DNA of 64,000 bases from Myxococcota bacterium (GCA_025057315.1 JANWXW010000147.1:12420-76419); one strand, 5' to 3'. Positions 9,159 through 20,540 are shown, counted from the stretch's first letter. A program made the numbers and translations. Notes: generated by a model not told the origin, from the sequence alone.

Positions 9159-10359
9159 CTATAGTGTAGCGCGTCTAGCCGCCAGCTCATCCAGCCGCTG
9201 CGCCACGGCGCGCGGGCTGAGGGTGCCCTTGTAGACATACAGGGCCGCCGGCAGGTGGTCGGGCAGGGCCTCCTGGCTGACGCGCAGCCGGCTGCTGAGG
9301 CAGAACAGCACCGGCTCGCGCAGCCCGCGCTCCACCAGCTCGATCCGCCGCCACACCGCCTCGCGGCTCCAGTAGCCGAGCACCTCCAGGTGGATGCGGG
9401 GCCCGTCCGGGCGCTCAAAGAGCAGGTCGGGCACGCACACGCCCACCCCGGGCAGGTGGAGCAAGGCCGGGGCCAGCTGGACCTGCCACGGGGTGCCCAG
9501 CGCGGGGAAGGCGCGCAGCAAGGCCTCCACCTCCTGGGGCAGCGGTGCCTCGGGCTGGTCCGCACCGGGGCCCTGTCCCTGGACGTGCAGCTGCAACGGC
9601 TGCCGCTCCTTGCCCCAGCGCACCTGGGCCGTCAGGCAGAAGCGATCGCAGGCCAGCAGCGCGGGCAGCGCCAGGGCCAGCTGGAGGCCATAGCGGGTCA
9701 CCGAATCGAACAAGCTGTAGGGGCCGTCCAGCTCGATGCGGTAGGCGCCGTCCTGGGCGGGGTGGATGCGAAACAGCAGGCGCAAAAACTTCAGCCAGCG
9801 GAACAGCTGGCGGTAGGTGGCGGCGCGGGCGCACTCGACCTCGACCACCACGCGCACGGCGCGCAGCAGCACGGCCTGCACCTGCGCCAGGTCGTAGCTG
9901 TCCACCAGGGCCTCGGCGGTCAGCGGCTCTAGGTCCACCAGCACGTGGGCCTCCCGCAGGTCGGCATACAGGCTGCGTAGCAGCGCCGCCGGATCCAGAC
10001 CGTGGGAGGCGGCCACCTCGGCCAGGATCTGCTCGCGGTCGAAGACGCCCTGCTGCCGTGCCGCCGCCGCGCGCAGAAACACCTCGCTGCGCAGCCTCTC
10101 GGGCGAGGGCCCCTGGGCTACGTCGAACCGACAGCGGTCCTCGATGAGCTTGCGCAGCCCCTCGGCCAAGCGCTGCTCGCGCGGGGCATACGCGACCTGG
10201 CCCAGCGCCTCCTGCAGCTCCTGACGGGTGCGGCCCAGGTGGGCGCGGGTGATCTCCAGGTAGGCCGCGGCCAGCTCCAGGGCACGGGCGCGCAGACGGG
10301 CATCCAGCGGCAGCACGTGCAGCTGGCCCGCCCGTCGATCCACCCGCACGCGCACCAGC

Positions 10360-10373
<14 letters not shown>
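9159..10373 (-). CDS. DUF790 / Bax1-like endonuclease (XPB-associated nuclease family)
   Basis: 404 aa, TTG start overlapping the XPB stop by 14 nt. The C-terminal region (LEVLGYWSREAV) resembles the Bax1 nuclease core. It is a partner of the adjacent XPB-like helicase. Confidence 0.5.
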
Positions 10374-11729
<1,356 letters not shown>

Positions 11730-11777
11730 TCTCAGAGGGGGGCGGGACCAGCGCGTGGTCTTTGCCGGCGCTTGTAG

Positions 11778-11889
11778 CAGAAGCGGGCCGCCGCCGCCAG
11801 GCCATCAGAGCGGGATCGACCCGCTGCGGGGCGCTGTGCACCTCCATCTTGATCGCCGAAGCGGGCCGCCGCCAGGCCATCAGAGCGGG
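11778..11889. repeat. two copies of a ~35-45-nt imperfect direct repeat (GAAGCGGGCCGCCGCC[GCC]AGGCCATCAGAGCGGG) with a 77-nt period. The second copy contains the stop codon of the GspE-like gene.
   Basis: Read directly from the sequence. Also visible as the duplicated LMAWRRPASA in the shadow ORF. Confidence 0.6.
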
Positions 11890-13616
11890 CAGGCGGCGCG
11901 GACCTCGCCCAGGTCGGTCAGGCCCTCTAGGGCCTTGGCGATGCCGTCCTGGCGCAGGGTGCGCATGCCGTCCTGACAGGCCTGGGCGTGCAGCTCGTTG
12001 ACTGGGGCGCGCCCCCGCAGCAGCCGGCGCAGCGCCGGGCTGCCCTGCAACAGCTCGTGCAGCGCCAGGCGCCCCTGAAAGCCGCTCCCCTGGCAGATCT
12101 CGCAGCCCACCGGGCGGTACAGGGGCGCATCCGGTGCCACGCCCAGCTCGGCCAGGCCAGGCTCGCCGTACTCGGCGGCCAGGGCCCGCCACTCCGCCTG
12201 CTGCAGCTCGTAGGGCTGCAGGCACGCCTCGCACAGCTTGCGCACCAGGCGCTGGGCCAGCACGCCGAGCAGCGCAGTGCCTAGGTGGTCGGGATCGCCC
12301 CCCAGCTCCAGCAGGACCTGCAGCGCCTCGGCCGCCCCGTGCGCGCGCAGCCCGGCCAGCACCAGATGCCCGCTCAAGGCTGCCTCCAGGGCCGCCCCAC
12401 AGGCCTGCCGGTCGCGCAGCTCGCCGATCATGATCACGTCGGGATCGGCCCGCAGCAGGCCGCGCACCGCGGCCGGCACGTCCAGGCCCGGCTGCAGCGA
12501 CACCTGGCGCAGTCCGGGCTGGACCCGCTCCACCGGGTCCTCGACGGTGCCAATCATCCGGTCGGGGCGATTGAGGTGGTTCAGGGCCGCATGCAGCGTG
12601 GTGGTGCGCCCTGAGCGGGGCGGACCCGCAACGAGCAGCAGCCCCCAGGGCCGCTCCAGCAGCTGCTGCAGGCCCACCAGGTTGCGCTCAGAGAACCGAA
12701 GCTGCTCCAAGGTCGGCGGCTGGCCGCCGGGCAGCACATGCAGCACCACGTCCTGCAGGCCGCCGTGCAGCGGCACGGTGGCCACCCGCAGCACGATGTC
12801 GCTGCCACCCTCGCGGCGGATGCGCAGCATCCCCTGGCGAGGCAGCGTCTCGTCCTGGGGCTCCAGGCTGCTCAGGCTCTTGATGCAGGACAGCATCGGC
12901 GGGTGGTACTCGGCGGGCAGGGTGCGGAACGGCCGCAGCCGACCATCCAGACGCAGGCGGACCTGAACCGGCCCCTGCTCGGCCGAAGGCTCGATGTGGA
13001 TGTCGGTGGCGCCGCGCTCGCAGGCCTCGCCGAGCAGGCCCGCCACCAGCGCGACCACCTGGTCCTCGTCCGGGGGCGGCTCGCGCACCTCCTCGATGAC
13101 CACCTCCACCGAGGGCTCCTCGGGCACCGGCTCGGTCGCCGGGGTGGCCGCCGGCGGGCTGGCCGCGGTCCCGTAGAGGTGCCCGTAGAAATGATCGATG
13201 AAGGCCTCGATGTCCTCGCGCAGGCCCACGCAGTACTCAATCTGCATCCCGGGCAGCAGCGCGCGCACCTCATCGCGCTTGATAAGGTGGTTGGGGTCAT
13301 CGATGAGCACCGTCACCCCATGGTCATGGGCCTTGATGGGCACCCAGCGATCCGTGCGCAGGTAGCCGGGCTTGAGGCTGCGCAGCACCGCCCGCGGCGG
13401 CGGCAGGCGGGGGTCAAAGGGAACATAGGGGCAGCCGTAGTAGTGGGCCAGCGCCGCGCCGATGTGGGCCTTGGGCACCCGGAAGCGCCGCATCAGGACC
13501 TGCTCGACGTCCAGCTGGAGCTCCTGGGCCTCGGCAGCGGCTTGGAGCAGATCCGCCTCGTTGATCAGCCCCTGCTCGATGAGCAGGTCGAACTTGGTGC
13601 GGATGCTCGCGGTCAT
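11880..13616 (-). CDS. GspE/PilB-family secretion-type ATPase homologue with degenerate nucleotide-binding motifs
   Basis: N-terminal GspII_E_N-like domain. Walker A reads GPPRSGRTT instead of the usual GPTGSGKTT. Asp box DPDVIMIGELRD is intact. His box is degraded (LAGLRAHG). Tetracysteine motif present (CEAC...CEIC). Confidence 0.8.
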   Translation of the reverse strand: MTASIRTKFDLLIEQGLINEADLLQAAAEAQELQLDVEQVLMRRFRVPKAHIGAALAHYYGCPYVPFDPRLPPPRAVLRSLKPGYLRTDRWVPIKAHDHGVTVLIDDPNHLIKRDEVRALLPGMQIEYCVGLREDIEAFIDHFYGHLYGTAASPPAATPATEPVPEEPSVEVVIEEVREPPPDEDQVVALVAGLLGEACERGATDIHIEPSAEQGPVQVRLRLDGRLRPFRTLPAEYHPPMLSCIKSLSSLEPQDETLPRQGMLRIRREGGSDIVLRVATVPLHGGLQDVVLHVLPGGQPPTLEQLRFSERNLVGLQQLLERPWGLLLVAGPPRSGRTTTLHAALNHLNRPDRMIGTVEDPVERVQPGLRQVSLQPGLDVPAAVRGLLRADPDVIMIGELRDRQACGAALEAALSGHLVLAGLRAHGAAEALQVLLELGGDPDHLGTALLGVLAQRLVRKLCEACLQPYELQQAEWRALAAEYGEPGLAELGVAPDAPLYRPVGCEICQGSGFQGRLALHELLQGSPALRRLLRGRAPVNELHAQACQDGMRTLRQDGIAKALEGLTDLGEVRAACPL

Positions 13617-13655
13617 GGGTCCCTGGGCAGCCCTGGGGCTCGAGGCAGCCGGGTG

Positions 13656-15158
13656 TCATTGTAACGCGGTTTGCGGGCGGTCGGTGGGCCCGATGACGGG
13701 AGCTGAGGGAGGCCGAGGGTCTTGGAGGGCGGCCGCCGCAGCACCGCCCCTGGGCGATGAACCATGGGGGCGGGCCTCCTGCTGGAGCGGGCCGTAGACG
13801 TAGACGCCGCGCTGCTGGCCCAGCAGCTGGTAGCGGGCGCGCGCCACGGCGAGGACCTCGGGCAGGAACCGCTCGTCGTGGCCGCCGCCGGGCGGCTCCT
13901 CCAGCGGGAAGTGCAGCACCAGGCGCTCGATCTGGCCGGCCCTCAGCGCCCGCAGCAGGGGCGAGGGATCCCACTGTCCCCGGCGCGCCAGGTTGGTGGC
14001 GAGGAAGGGCACGACCACCGGCGGCCGGCCCAGCGCGGTGGTGTACCAGGTGGACTCGGCCAGCACCGGACCCGAGCGGCCCTGCAGCTGGGCGCGGGTG
14101 TAGGCCATCTGCTGGCGTACCCCGGGCAGGCGCACCAGGGCCAAGTAGGCCGCCCCCCCGACGGCCATGCAGCAGGTGACCAGCAGGTGCAGCAGCACCG
14201 CACGCCGCCACCAGCAGCCTGCCATGGCGATGGTAAGATGCAGGCACATCGCCGTCAGCAGCTCCATCGTGTGGTTGGAGCCCGAGCCGCACCGGCCCAG
14301 CACCAGCGTCCAGGGCAGGCCCACCAGCAGCGCGCCGGCAAAGGGCCCGAGCACCTGCCGGGTGTGCGCCGGCAGCTGGGCCCAGCGACCTAGCAGCCGC
14401 ACGGCCACCGCGAGCCCGGCCCCCCAGGGCAGCACGAAGCGGGCGCACTGGCTCAGAAAGAACAGCGGGCTCCAGTCCGCCATCGTCCACAGGACCAGGG
14501 GGGCGAACAGGCCCTGGCGCCACAGGAGCCACCCGACCAGGCCCGCGGTGCCCAGGGCCAGCACCAGGCCCTGCCGGGGGGCCCGCCGCAGCGCCCAGGC
14601 CAGGGTGCCCAGCGGCAGGACCACCAGGCTGTGCTTCATCATGACCGCGGCCACAAAGGCCACCGGCGCCAGCAGGGGCCAGCCGCGCACCCGCAGCGCC
14701 ACCAGGGTGATGCCGCCCAGGCCCAGGGCCAGAGCGGGCGCATCGGGCAGGCAGGTGGCCGCATGGTAGGAGACAAACAGCGTGCCGCCCAGCAGCAGGG
14801 CCGCCACCCAGCCGAGCAGGCGCGAGCCGGTGGCGGCATGGGCACAGGCACCCAGCAGGGCCATGGCCAGCACAAAGCCGGCCAGGGACACCACCCCACC
14901 GGTGCGCACGATCTCGCTGTCCGAGGGGGCGAGCGCTGCCACCAGGTGTAGAAACAGGGGCGGATAGTTGGACTGCCACAGGGGCAGGCCGGTCGGCTCA
15001 GTGTATAGATTATAGCCTCGGCGGAGCAGCCAGATCCAGGTGGCGGTGTCTCCCTCGGCATAGCTGAGCGGCACCCGGCCGCCCAGGGTGATCAGCCACA
15101 GCAGGGCACAGGCGAGGAAGCTGGCGACGATAAGGGCAAGGTGAAACCGGGGCACCAT
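13656..15158 (-). CDS. polytopic membrane protein, GT-C-type glycosyltransferase-like (DUF2029/GT87-like)
   Basis: Start ATG 15158 (MVPRFHL). More than 10 predicted TM helices. YPPLF loop motif after TM1. Large C-terminal soluble domain. Confidence 0.5.
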   Translation of the reverse strand: MVPRFHLALIVASFLACALLWLITLGGRVPLSYAEGDTATWIWLLRRGYNLYTEPTGLPLWQSNYPPLFLHLVAALAPSDSEIVRTGGVVSLAGFVLAMALLGACAHAATGSRLLGWVAALLLGGTLFVSYHAATCLPDAPALALGLGGITLVALRVRGWPLLAPVAFVAAVMMKHSLVVLPLGTLAWALRRAPRQGLVLALGTAGLVGWLLWRQGLFAPLVLWTMADWSPLFFLSQCARFVLPWGAGLAVAVRLLGRWAQLPAHTRQVLGPFAGALLVGLPWTLVLGRCGSGSNHTMELLTAMCLHLTIAMAGCWWRRAVLLHLLVTCCMAVGGAAYLALVRLPGVRQQMAYTRAQLQGRSGPVLAESTWYTTALGRPPVVVPFLATNLARRGQWDPSPLLRALRAGQIERLVLHFPLEEPPGGGHDERFLPEVLAVARARYQLLGQQRGVYVYGPLQQEARPHGSSPRGGAAAAALQDPRPPSAPVIGPTDRPQTALQ

Positions 15159-15447
15159 GGGTTGCGCGTGCGGTTGGCAGGCAGGGCGCAGCTGGGGCCC
15201 GTGCCCATGCCGCAGGAGCAGCAGCTGACATCGCGTGCCGGACCACGTGGGGGGCTTGCTACGCATCGAGCGGGGCCGTCGGCGGCCATGCGCGCCAAGA
15301 AGCAAGATGCCAAGGAGCAAGATGCGTACCCGGAGCAGGTTGCGGCCCTGCCTCGAGGGGCCAGCGGGGGGCGCTGTCGAGTTTTCACCGCTGCAGACGG
15401 GGGCTGTGGACGTGCCGGGCCGGGGTCGGGCTTGCTAAGATGGCCCG

Positions 15448-16842
15448 ATGCGGGTTCGGCTGCGCGGGGCGGGCCCTCTGCTCCGACCGTTCTTTGCCAT
15501 CTTGATCACGTGTGGGCTGCTGGCCTGGTTCTGCAGCCGCGACGAGGAGGCCAGGCGGGCGATGCTGCGCGTGCGCGACACGGCGTCGCTGGTGCGCGAG
15601 GCGCCGACGCTGCTGTGGCCGCCGTGGCGGGCGCTGCGGCTCTACGTCTCGATCGACGACGACGTGAGCCTCTACTATGAGCTGTCGCGGGTGGTGTTGG
15701 GGGAGGCGGCGGACGCCGAGCAGATGCTGCGGTTTGACCACCGGCCGGATCCGGCCGAGGTGGCGGCGCTGCGGGCGCGGCTGGCCCAGGCGCGCGGCAG
15801 GCGGTGGCCGACGGGCCTGCAGCTGGGCTTCCCGCCGCTGTCGGTCCTGCTGATGGTGCTGCCGCGGCTGGCCGTGGACACGCTTGGGGCGTACCGGGTG
15901 GCGTTTGCGGTCCTGCTGGCCCTGCTGTACCTGGGGGCGTGGGGGGTGGCCGTGGCGGGGGCGGCAGGCCTGCCCCGGCGGGTGCTGTTGGGACGGATGG
16001 CGCTGGTGACGGCCTGCATGGGGCCGGTGCTGGTTGCCCGGCTGGATGTGCTGCCCGCGCTGCTGGTCGTCGCGGCGCTGGGGGCGCTGGCGCGGGGGTG
16101 GGCGCTGGCAGCGGGGCTGCTGCTGGTGCTGGGGGGGGCGGCCAAGCTCTACCCGTTGTTTTTGCTGCCGGTGTGGGCGGCGCTGCTGTGGGGCTGGGGG
16201 GGGGCGGCGCGCCGCCAGGCGGTGGCGCTGCTCGGTGGGCCGGCACTGCTCGGCGGGCTGGGCCTGCTGCTCGGCGGGCTGCCAGCGCTGGGGGAGCACC
16301 TGCGGCTGTTTGCCCGGCGGCCGGTGCAGATCGAGTCGGTGGTCGGGGCCGTGCTGCACGCTGCGGGCTGGCCGAGCGACTATGGGTTTGGCTCCAACAA
16401 CCTGCTGCTGCCCCCGTGGGTGCCCATGGCGCTGGACGGTCTGCTGGGGGGGGCGGTGCTGGCCCTGGCGGCCGGGGCAGGGCGGTGGGCGGCGCGGCAC
16501 CGCGATGGAGCGGCGCGGCGGCAGGCGCTAACCTGGTTTGCGGTGGCGACGGTGCTGGTGGTCATCACGACGAGCAAGGTGCTGTCGCCCCAGTATCTTG
16601 TCTGGCTGGTGCCGCCGGCGGCGATGCTGCCAGGCAGGGCCGGGCGCCTGGTGCTGCTGGGGGTGTGCGCGGCGATGTTGCTGACGCAGGTCTACGTGCC
16701 CTTTATGTACAGCTGGCTGATGGAGCGGCGGTGGCCGCTGCTGCTGCTGGTGCTGGTGCGCAACGGCCTGCTTGTGGGGCTGGCCGCGGGGGTGCTGGGC
16801 GTCCTGGTTCGCTCAGGGCGCCGGGACGAGGCCCTCGCGTAG
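15448..16842 (+). CDS. polytopic membrane protein, DUF2029/GT87-like glycosyltransferase
   Basis: 464 aa, multi-TM. AKLYPLFLLP motif. Paralogous architecture to 13656..15158, divergently transcribed. Confidence 0.5.
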   Translation: MRVRLRGAGPLLRPFFAILITCGLLAWFCSRDEEARRAMLRVRDTASLVREAPTLLWPPWRALRLYVSIDDDVSLYYELSRVVLGEAADAEQMLRFDHRPDPAEVAALRARLAQARGRRWPTGLQLGFPPLSVLLMVLPRLAVDTLGAYRVAFAVLLALLYLGAWGVAVAGAAGLPRRVLLGRMALVTACMGPVLVARLDVLPALLVVAALGALARGWALAAGLLLVLGGAAKLYPLFLLPVWAALLWGWGGAARRQAVALLGGPALLGGLGLLLGGLPALGEHLRLFARRPVQIESVVGAVLHAAGWPSDYGFGSNNLLLPPWVPMALDGLLGGAVLALAAGAGRWAARHRDGAARRQALTWFAVATVLVVITTSKVLSPQYLVWLVPPAAMLPGRAGRLVLLGVCAAMLLTQVYVPFMYSWLMERRWPLLLLVLVRNGLLVGLAAGVLGVLVRSGRRDEALA

Positions 16843-17979
16843 CAGAAACGCCGCCAGGCGCTGGGCCACCAGGTCGGCGGCAAAGGGGGTATGGTGGCAG
16901 TGGTCGTAGAAGAGGGGCCGGTGGGGAGCCTGCTGCCAGGCAGCGCGCAGGGCGGGCAGCAGGTCCTCGTGGGGCAGGTGGTGGCGGGTCATGAGGTCGC
17001 GGAAACGGCGCTGGGGCTCGTTGTGCACCTGGTGCGCCTCGACCTGATGGCGCACCGGCAACAAGGCTGCGGCGAGGCGGAAGCCGTGCTGGCGGCCGGC
17101 TTGCTCGATGCGTCCGAGCGCCGCCTCGATGCGCTGCCAGGCCGCCGGGGACCAGGCCGCCCCCCAGTCGCGCGCCTGGCGGACGATGAGGGCGTCGAAG
17201 GCCTCCGGATCGGTGCGCCAGTTGCCGGGGCGGAGCTGACGGCCGCGGGCAAACTCGTGCACCCAGGCCTGTCCCTCGGCGCGCAGCTCGGCCCAGTGGG
17301 TCCACTCGAACCACAGGCGCTGGGCGCTCTGGTAGACCAGGCCTGCCAGGTAGCTCTTGCCGAGCCAGCCAGACAGGGAGCGGGGGCGCATGCGCAGGGA
17401 CGGATAGCCGTCGTTCAGGTACATGGCCACCAGGACCAGGTCGGGCTGCATGGCCAGGCCGGCGTCGCGCAGGATGGCATACTCGGTCTCTGTGTCTGCG
17501 CTGCCGATGCCCAGGTTGATGACGCGGACCCGGCGCCCGCTGGCCTGCAGCAGCCGCTCCAGCCGGAAGGCGAAGGTTTCCTCGTCGGGCAGGTAGTCGG
17601 CCAGGGTAATGGAGTCGCCCAGAAGCAGCACGCGGAACTCGCCGGGCGGCTTGGGTCCTACCTCGGGCCCGCGGTAGCCGGCCGAGTTGGTGGTGAAGGT
17701 GATGTCCCGGCCAGAGACGAAGTGATGGCGGATGCGGATGCGCGCGCGCGGCACCAGGCCCACCGAGCCGGTGCGGCTGTAGCGGTAGGCCTCGTTGCCG
17801 AAGGCGTGTTGCTCCAGCTGGCGCGGGCCGGTGGCGGCCTGCAGGGAGTCCACCACGACCATCTGCGACTGGCCCAGACGGCGACAGAGCCACTCGCCCA
17901 GGCCTGTCAGGAGCAGCACCGTGACCAGCAGCAGGGCCAGGTTGGGCAGCAGCCTGCGCAGAAGGGGGGGCAGGCCCAT
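16813..17979 (-). CDS. SGNH/GDSL-family hydrolase (esterase/acyltransferase-like)
   Basis: Start ATG 17979 (MGLPPLL, N-terminal TM). GDS block VLLLGDSITLADY. Later DxxH-like region. Convergent 30-nt overlap with 15448..16842. Confidence 0.7.
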   Translation of the reverse strand: MGLPPLLRRLLPNLALLLVTVLLLTGLGEWLCRRLGQSQMVVVDSLQAATGPRQLEQHAFGNEAYRYSRTGSVGLVPRARIRIRHHFVSGRDITFTTNSAGYRGPEVGPKPPGEFRVLLLGDSITLADYLPDEETFAFRLERLLQASGRRVRVINLGIGSADTETEYAILRDAGLAMQPDLVLVAMYLNDGYPSLRMRPRSLSGWLGKSYLAGLVYQSAQRLWFEWTHWAELRAEGQAWVHEFARGRQLRPGNWRTDPEAFDALIVRQARDWGAAWSPAAWQRIEAALGRIEQAGRQHGFRLAAALLPVRHQVEAHQVHNEPQRRFRDLMTRHHLPHEDLLPALRAAWQQAPHRPLFYDHCHHTPFAADLVAQRLAAFLLREGLVPAP

Positions 17980-17980
17980 G

Positions 17981-18199
17981 CTAAAAGAGCATGTAGATGT
18001 AGCTGGAGATGGCGCTGCTGTTGGCCAGCACGATGAGGCCGCCGATGCTGACCAGCATGAGCACGGTGGGCAGCAGCCACCAGGCCTTGCGCTCCCTGAG
18101 GAAGCCCCACACGTCGGCCAGCAGCGTGCGGTTGCGCAGGGCCCGCAGGCGGGCCTCGCGACCAAGAAAGGAGTCGTGGGTGTTGTGCATGGTGGTCAC
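17981..18199 (-). CDS. DUF5989-like small membrane protein
   Basis: 72 aa, single TM (WWLLPTVLMLVSIGGLIVL). Sits immediately downstream of the carbamoyltransferase, as is typical for this family. Confidence 0.5.
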   Translation of the reverse strand: MTTMHNTHDSFLGREARLRALRNRTLLADVWGFLRERKAWWLLPTVLMLVSIGGLIVLANSSAISSYIYMLF

Positions 18200-18216
18200 T
18201 TACGTCACTTGGTCTT

Positions 18217-19978
18217 TTAGTCTTTGGCGTATGTTTCGCTGTCCCAGATGTGCTGGGGGTTGTCCTCGCGGCGGATGCAGTAGTCGCCCATGATGAGATA
18301 GTCGATGCCGGTGCCCATCATGCAGCGGTAGGCATCCAGGGGGGTGCACACGATGGGCTCACCGCGGATGTTAAACGAGGTGTTGACCAGCATCGGGACG
18401 CCTGTGCGTCGGCCGAAGGCGCGGATGGTATCGTAATAGAGCGGGTTGTTCTCCCGGCGGATGGTCTGCAGGCGGCCCGAGTCGTCCACGTGGCGCACGG
18501 CGGGCAACCGGTCGCGGTGGGCAGGCCGGATGGGGTAGACCATGAGCATGAAGTCACAGGGTGCGGGCAGCGGCGAGTCGCACTCGAAGTAGGTGTCGGC
18601 GTCCTCGGCGCACACGACGGGGGCGAAGGGGCGAAACCGCTCCCGGTGCTTGACCTTTTCGTTCAGGATGTCGCGCATCCGGGGGTTGAGCGGGTTGGCC
18701 AGGATGCTGCGGGCGCCGAGCGCGCGGGGGCCCCACTCCATGCGGCCCTGCATCCAGCCCACCACGTGGTCCTCGGCCACCAGGCGCGCCGTGGTCTCGA
18801 CGATCTCCTCGTCGCTGCGCAGCCGCTGGTAGCGGACGCCGTTCTGGTCCAAAAACGCGCCGATCTCGGCGGAGGAGAAGCTGGGGCCGAGGTAGGGGCT
18901 GCTTAGGGTCCAGTGGCGGGGCCGGCCCAGCAGGGTATGGTAGATGTAGGCCGCCGCGCCGATGCTGGTACCGGCGTCGCTGGCATTGGGCTGGATCCAG
19001 ACCCGGCGGAAGGGGGTCAGGCGGAGGATTTTGCCGTTGAAGACGCTGTTGAGCGCCACGCCACCCGCCATAACCAGGTTGTCGCAGCCGGTTTCGCGGT
19101 GCAGGTGGCACAGCATGCGACAGAGCACGTCCTCGGTAAGGAGCTGCACGGCCGCGGCGATGTCCTGCAGGCGCGGGGTCATGACCGAGTCGGGCGGCGC
19201 CGCTGGTCCGCCGAGCAGGTCACACAGCTTCTGCGACGGCATGCGCTCGGCATAGTGGTAGCAGAAATAGGACATGTCCAGGCGCAGACTGCCGTCCTCG
19301 CGCACCTGGACGACGTCGCGCAGCCGGGCATAGAAGGGGTTGGTGGCCCGGTCGCGGTTGCCATAGGCGCTCAGGCCCATCACCTTGTACTCGGAGTTGT
19401 TGACGCTGAAGCCGAGGTAGGCGGTGATGGTGGAGTAGAGCAGGCCCAGCGAGTGGGGAAAGCGGATGTCTTTGCGCAGGTGAATGCGGGTGCCCTCGCC
19501 GATGCCATAGGAGGCGGTGGTCCATTCGCCCACGCCGTCCACGGTCAGGATGGCAGCGCGCTCGAACGGGCTGACCAGGAAGGCGCTGGCTGCATGGGCC
19601 ATGTGGTGCTCCAGAAACAGCACGCTGCCGCGGTAGCCCAGGGCCTTGCGCAGCGTCCGGCGCAGCCGGATCTTTTCGTTCAGCCAGGACGGCAGCGAGG
19701 AGACAAAGGTCCGGTAGCTGCGCGGAAAGGACTCCAGGTGCTGACACAGCACGCGCTCGAACTTGAGCAGCGGCTTCTCGTAAAAGCCAATGTAGTCCAC
19801 ATCTTGGATGCGCAGGCCCTGGCTCTCTAGACAGTAGCGGATGGCGTGGATGGGGAACGACTGGTCGTGTTTGATGCGGGTAAAGCGCTCCTCTTCGGCA
19901 GCGGCGACGATGACACCGTCGCGCAGCAGGGCTGCTGCTGCGTCGTGGTAGTGGCAAGAGACGCCCAAGATGTTCATG
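18217..19978 (-). CDS. carbamoyltransferase, NodU/CmcH (HypF-like) family
   Basis: Start ATG 19978 (MNILGVSCHYHDAAAALL). Conserved N-terminal ASKHA-like and C-terminal YrdC-like carbamoyltransferase regions. About 587 aa. Confidence 0.85.
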
Positions 19979-19979
19979 G

Positions 19980-20510
19980 CTAGTACTGGCGAAAATAGGC
20001 ATCCAGCGAGCGCGCCTCTAGGTCGAGGTCCTGCCAGAACGTCTCCTTGTCGGGAGCCGGGGCCAGGTCCAGGAAGCGTCGGCGCAGCAGGCGCGCCACC
20101 AGCGCGGTGGGTCCCAGGGCGCCAAAGTAGATGATGGTCAGCAGGATCGCGTTGACGCCTAGGGCCACGTGGCGGCCGAAGGTACGCATGCCGTGCAGGA
20201 GGCTGCGCCAGAGCGGGCCTGCGCCGTCGTCCCGCGGCCGGCCTGGCAGCAGCCGCAGGGCATTGAGCAGCAGCACCACGCCCATCCCGCCCAGGATGTG
20301 GGGGATGCCGACGTGCTCGCGTACCAGCGCCACCTTGCGCGAGAGCATGTGGTGGGTCAGCAGCGCAAACACAAGCAGACCGAGGTGGTAGCCGACCAAC
20401 GCACCCACGCGGCCCGGCGGCAGCCGGTCCCCTGGGGGGCTGGGGGACGGGCTGGACCAGACGGACCGCAGGGGCGGCGGGGTGGCAGCAGGCGCCGTGG
20501 GCAGCCTCAT
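19980..20510 (-). CDS. SxtJ-like small membrane protein (hypothetical)
   Basis: Three predicted TM helices. Position immediately upstream of the carbamoyltransferase matches the SxtJ-like family context. Start uncertain. Confidence 0.4.
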   Translation of the reverse strand: MRLPTAPAATPPPLRSVWSSPSPSPPGDRLPPGRVGALVGYHLGLLVFALLTHHMLSRKVALVREHVGIPHILGGMGVVLLLNALRLLPGRPRDDGAGPLWRSLLHGMRTFGRHVALGVNAILLTIIYFGALGPTALVARLLRRRFLDLAPAPDKETFWQDLDLEARSLDAYFRQY

Positions 20511-20540
20511 GGACGGGTCTCTCCCCCGCTCGGCCAGGGC

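Noticed and set aside
7647-9164. 505-aa plus-strand ORF opposite phoD, and similar antisense ORFs (10375..11976 +, 12738..13664 +, 15385..16500 -, 24564..26174 +, 52653..55661 +, 58720..60033 +)
   Set aside because: Each is antisense to a gene with strong motif evidence (PhoD, XPB, GspE-like, DUF2029, MMPL, TGase-like). Their composition is typical of GC-rich non-coding frames.
11880-13616. Interpreting the GspE/PilB-like ATPase as part of a type II secretion or type IV pilus locus
   Set aside because: No GspF/PilC, secretin, pseudopilin or PilM-Q genes are present in the 64-kb window. The P-loop is degenerate. It is reported as a pseudo-ATPase instead.
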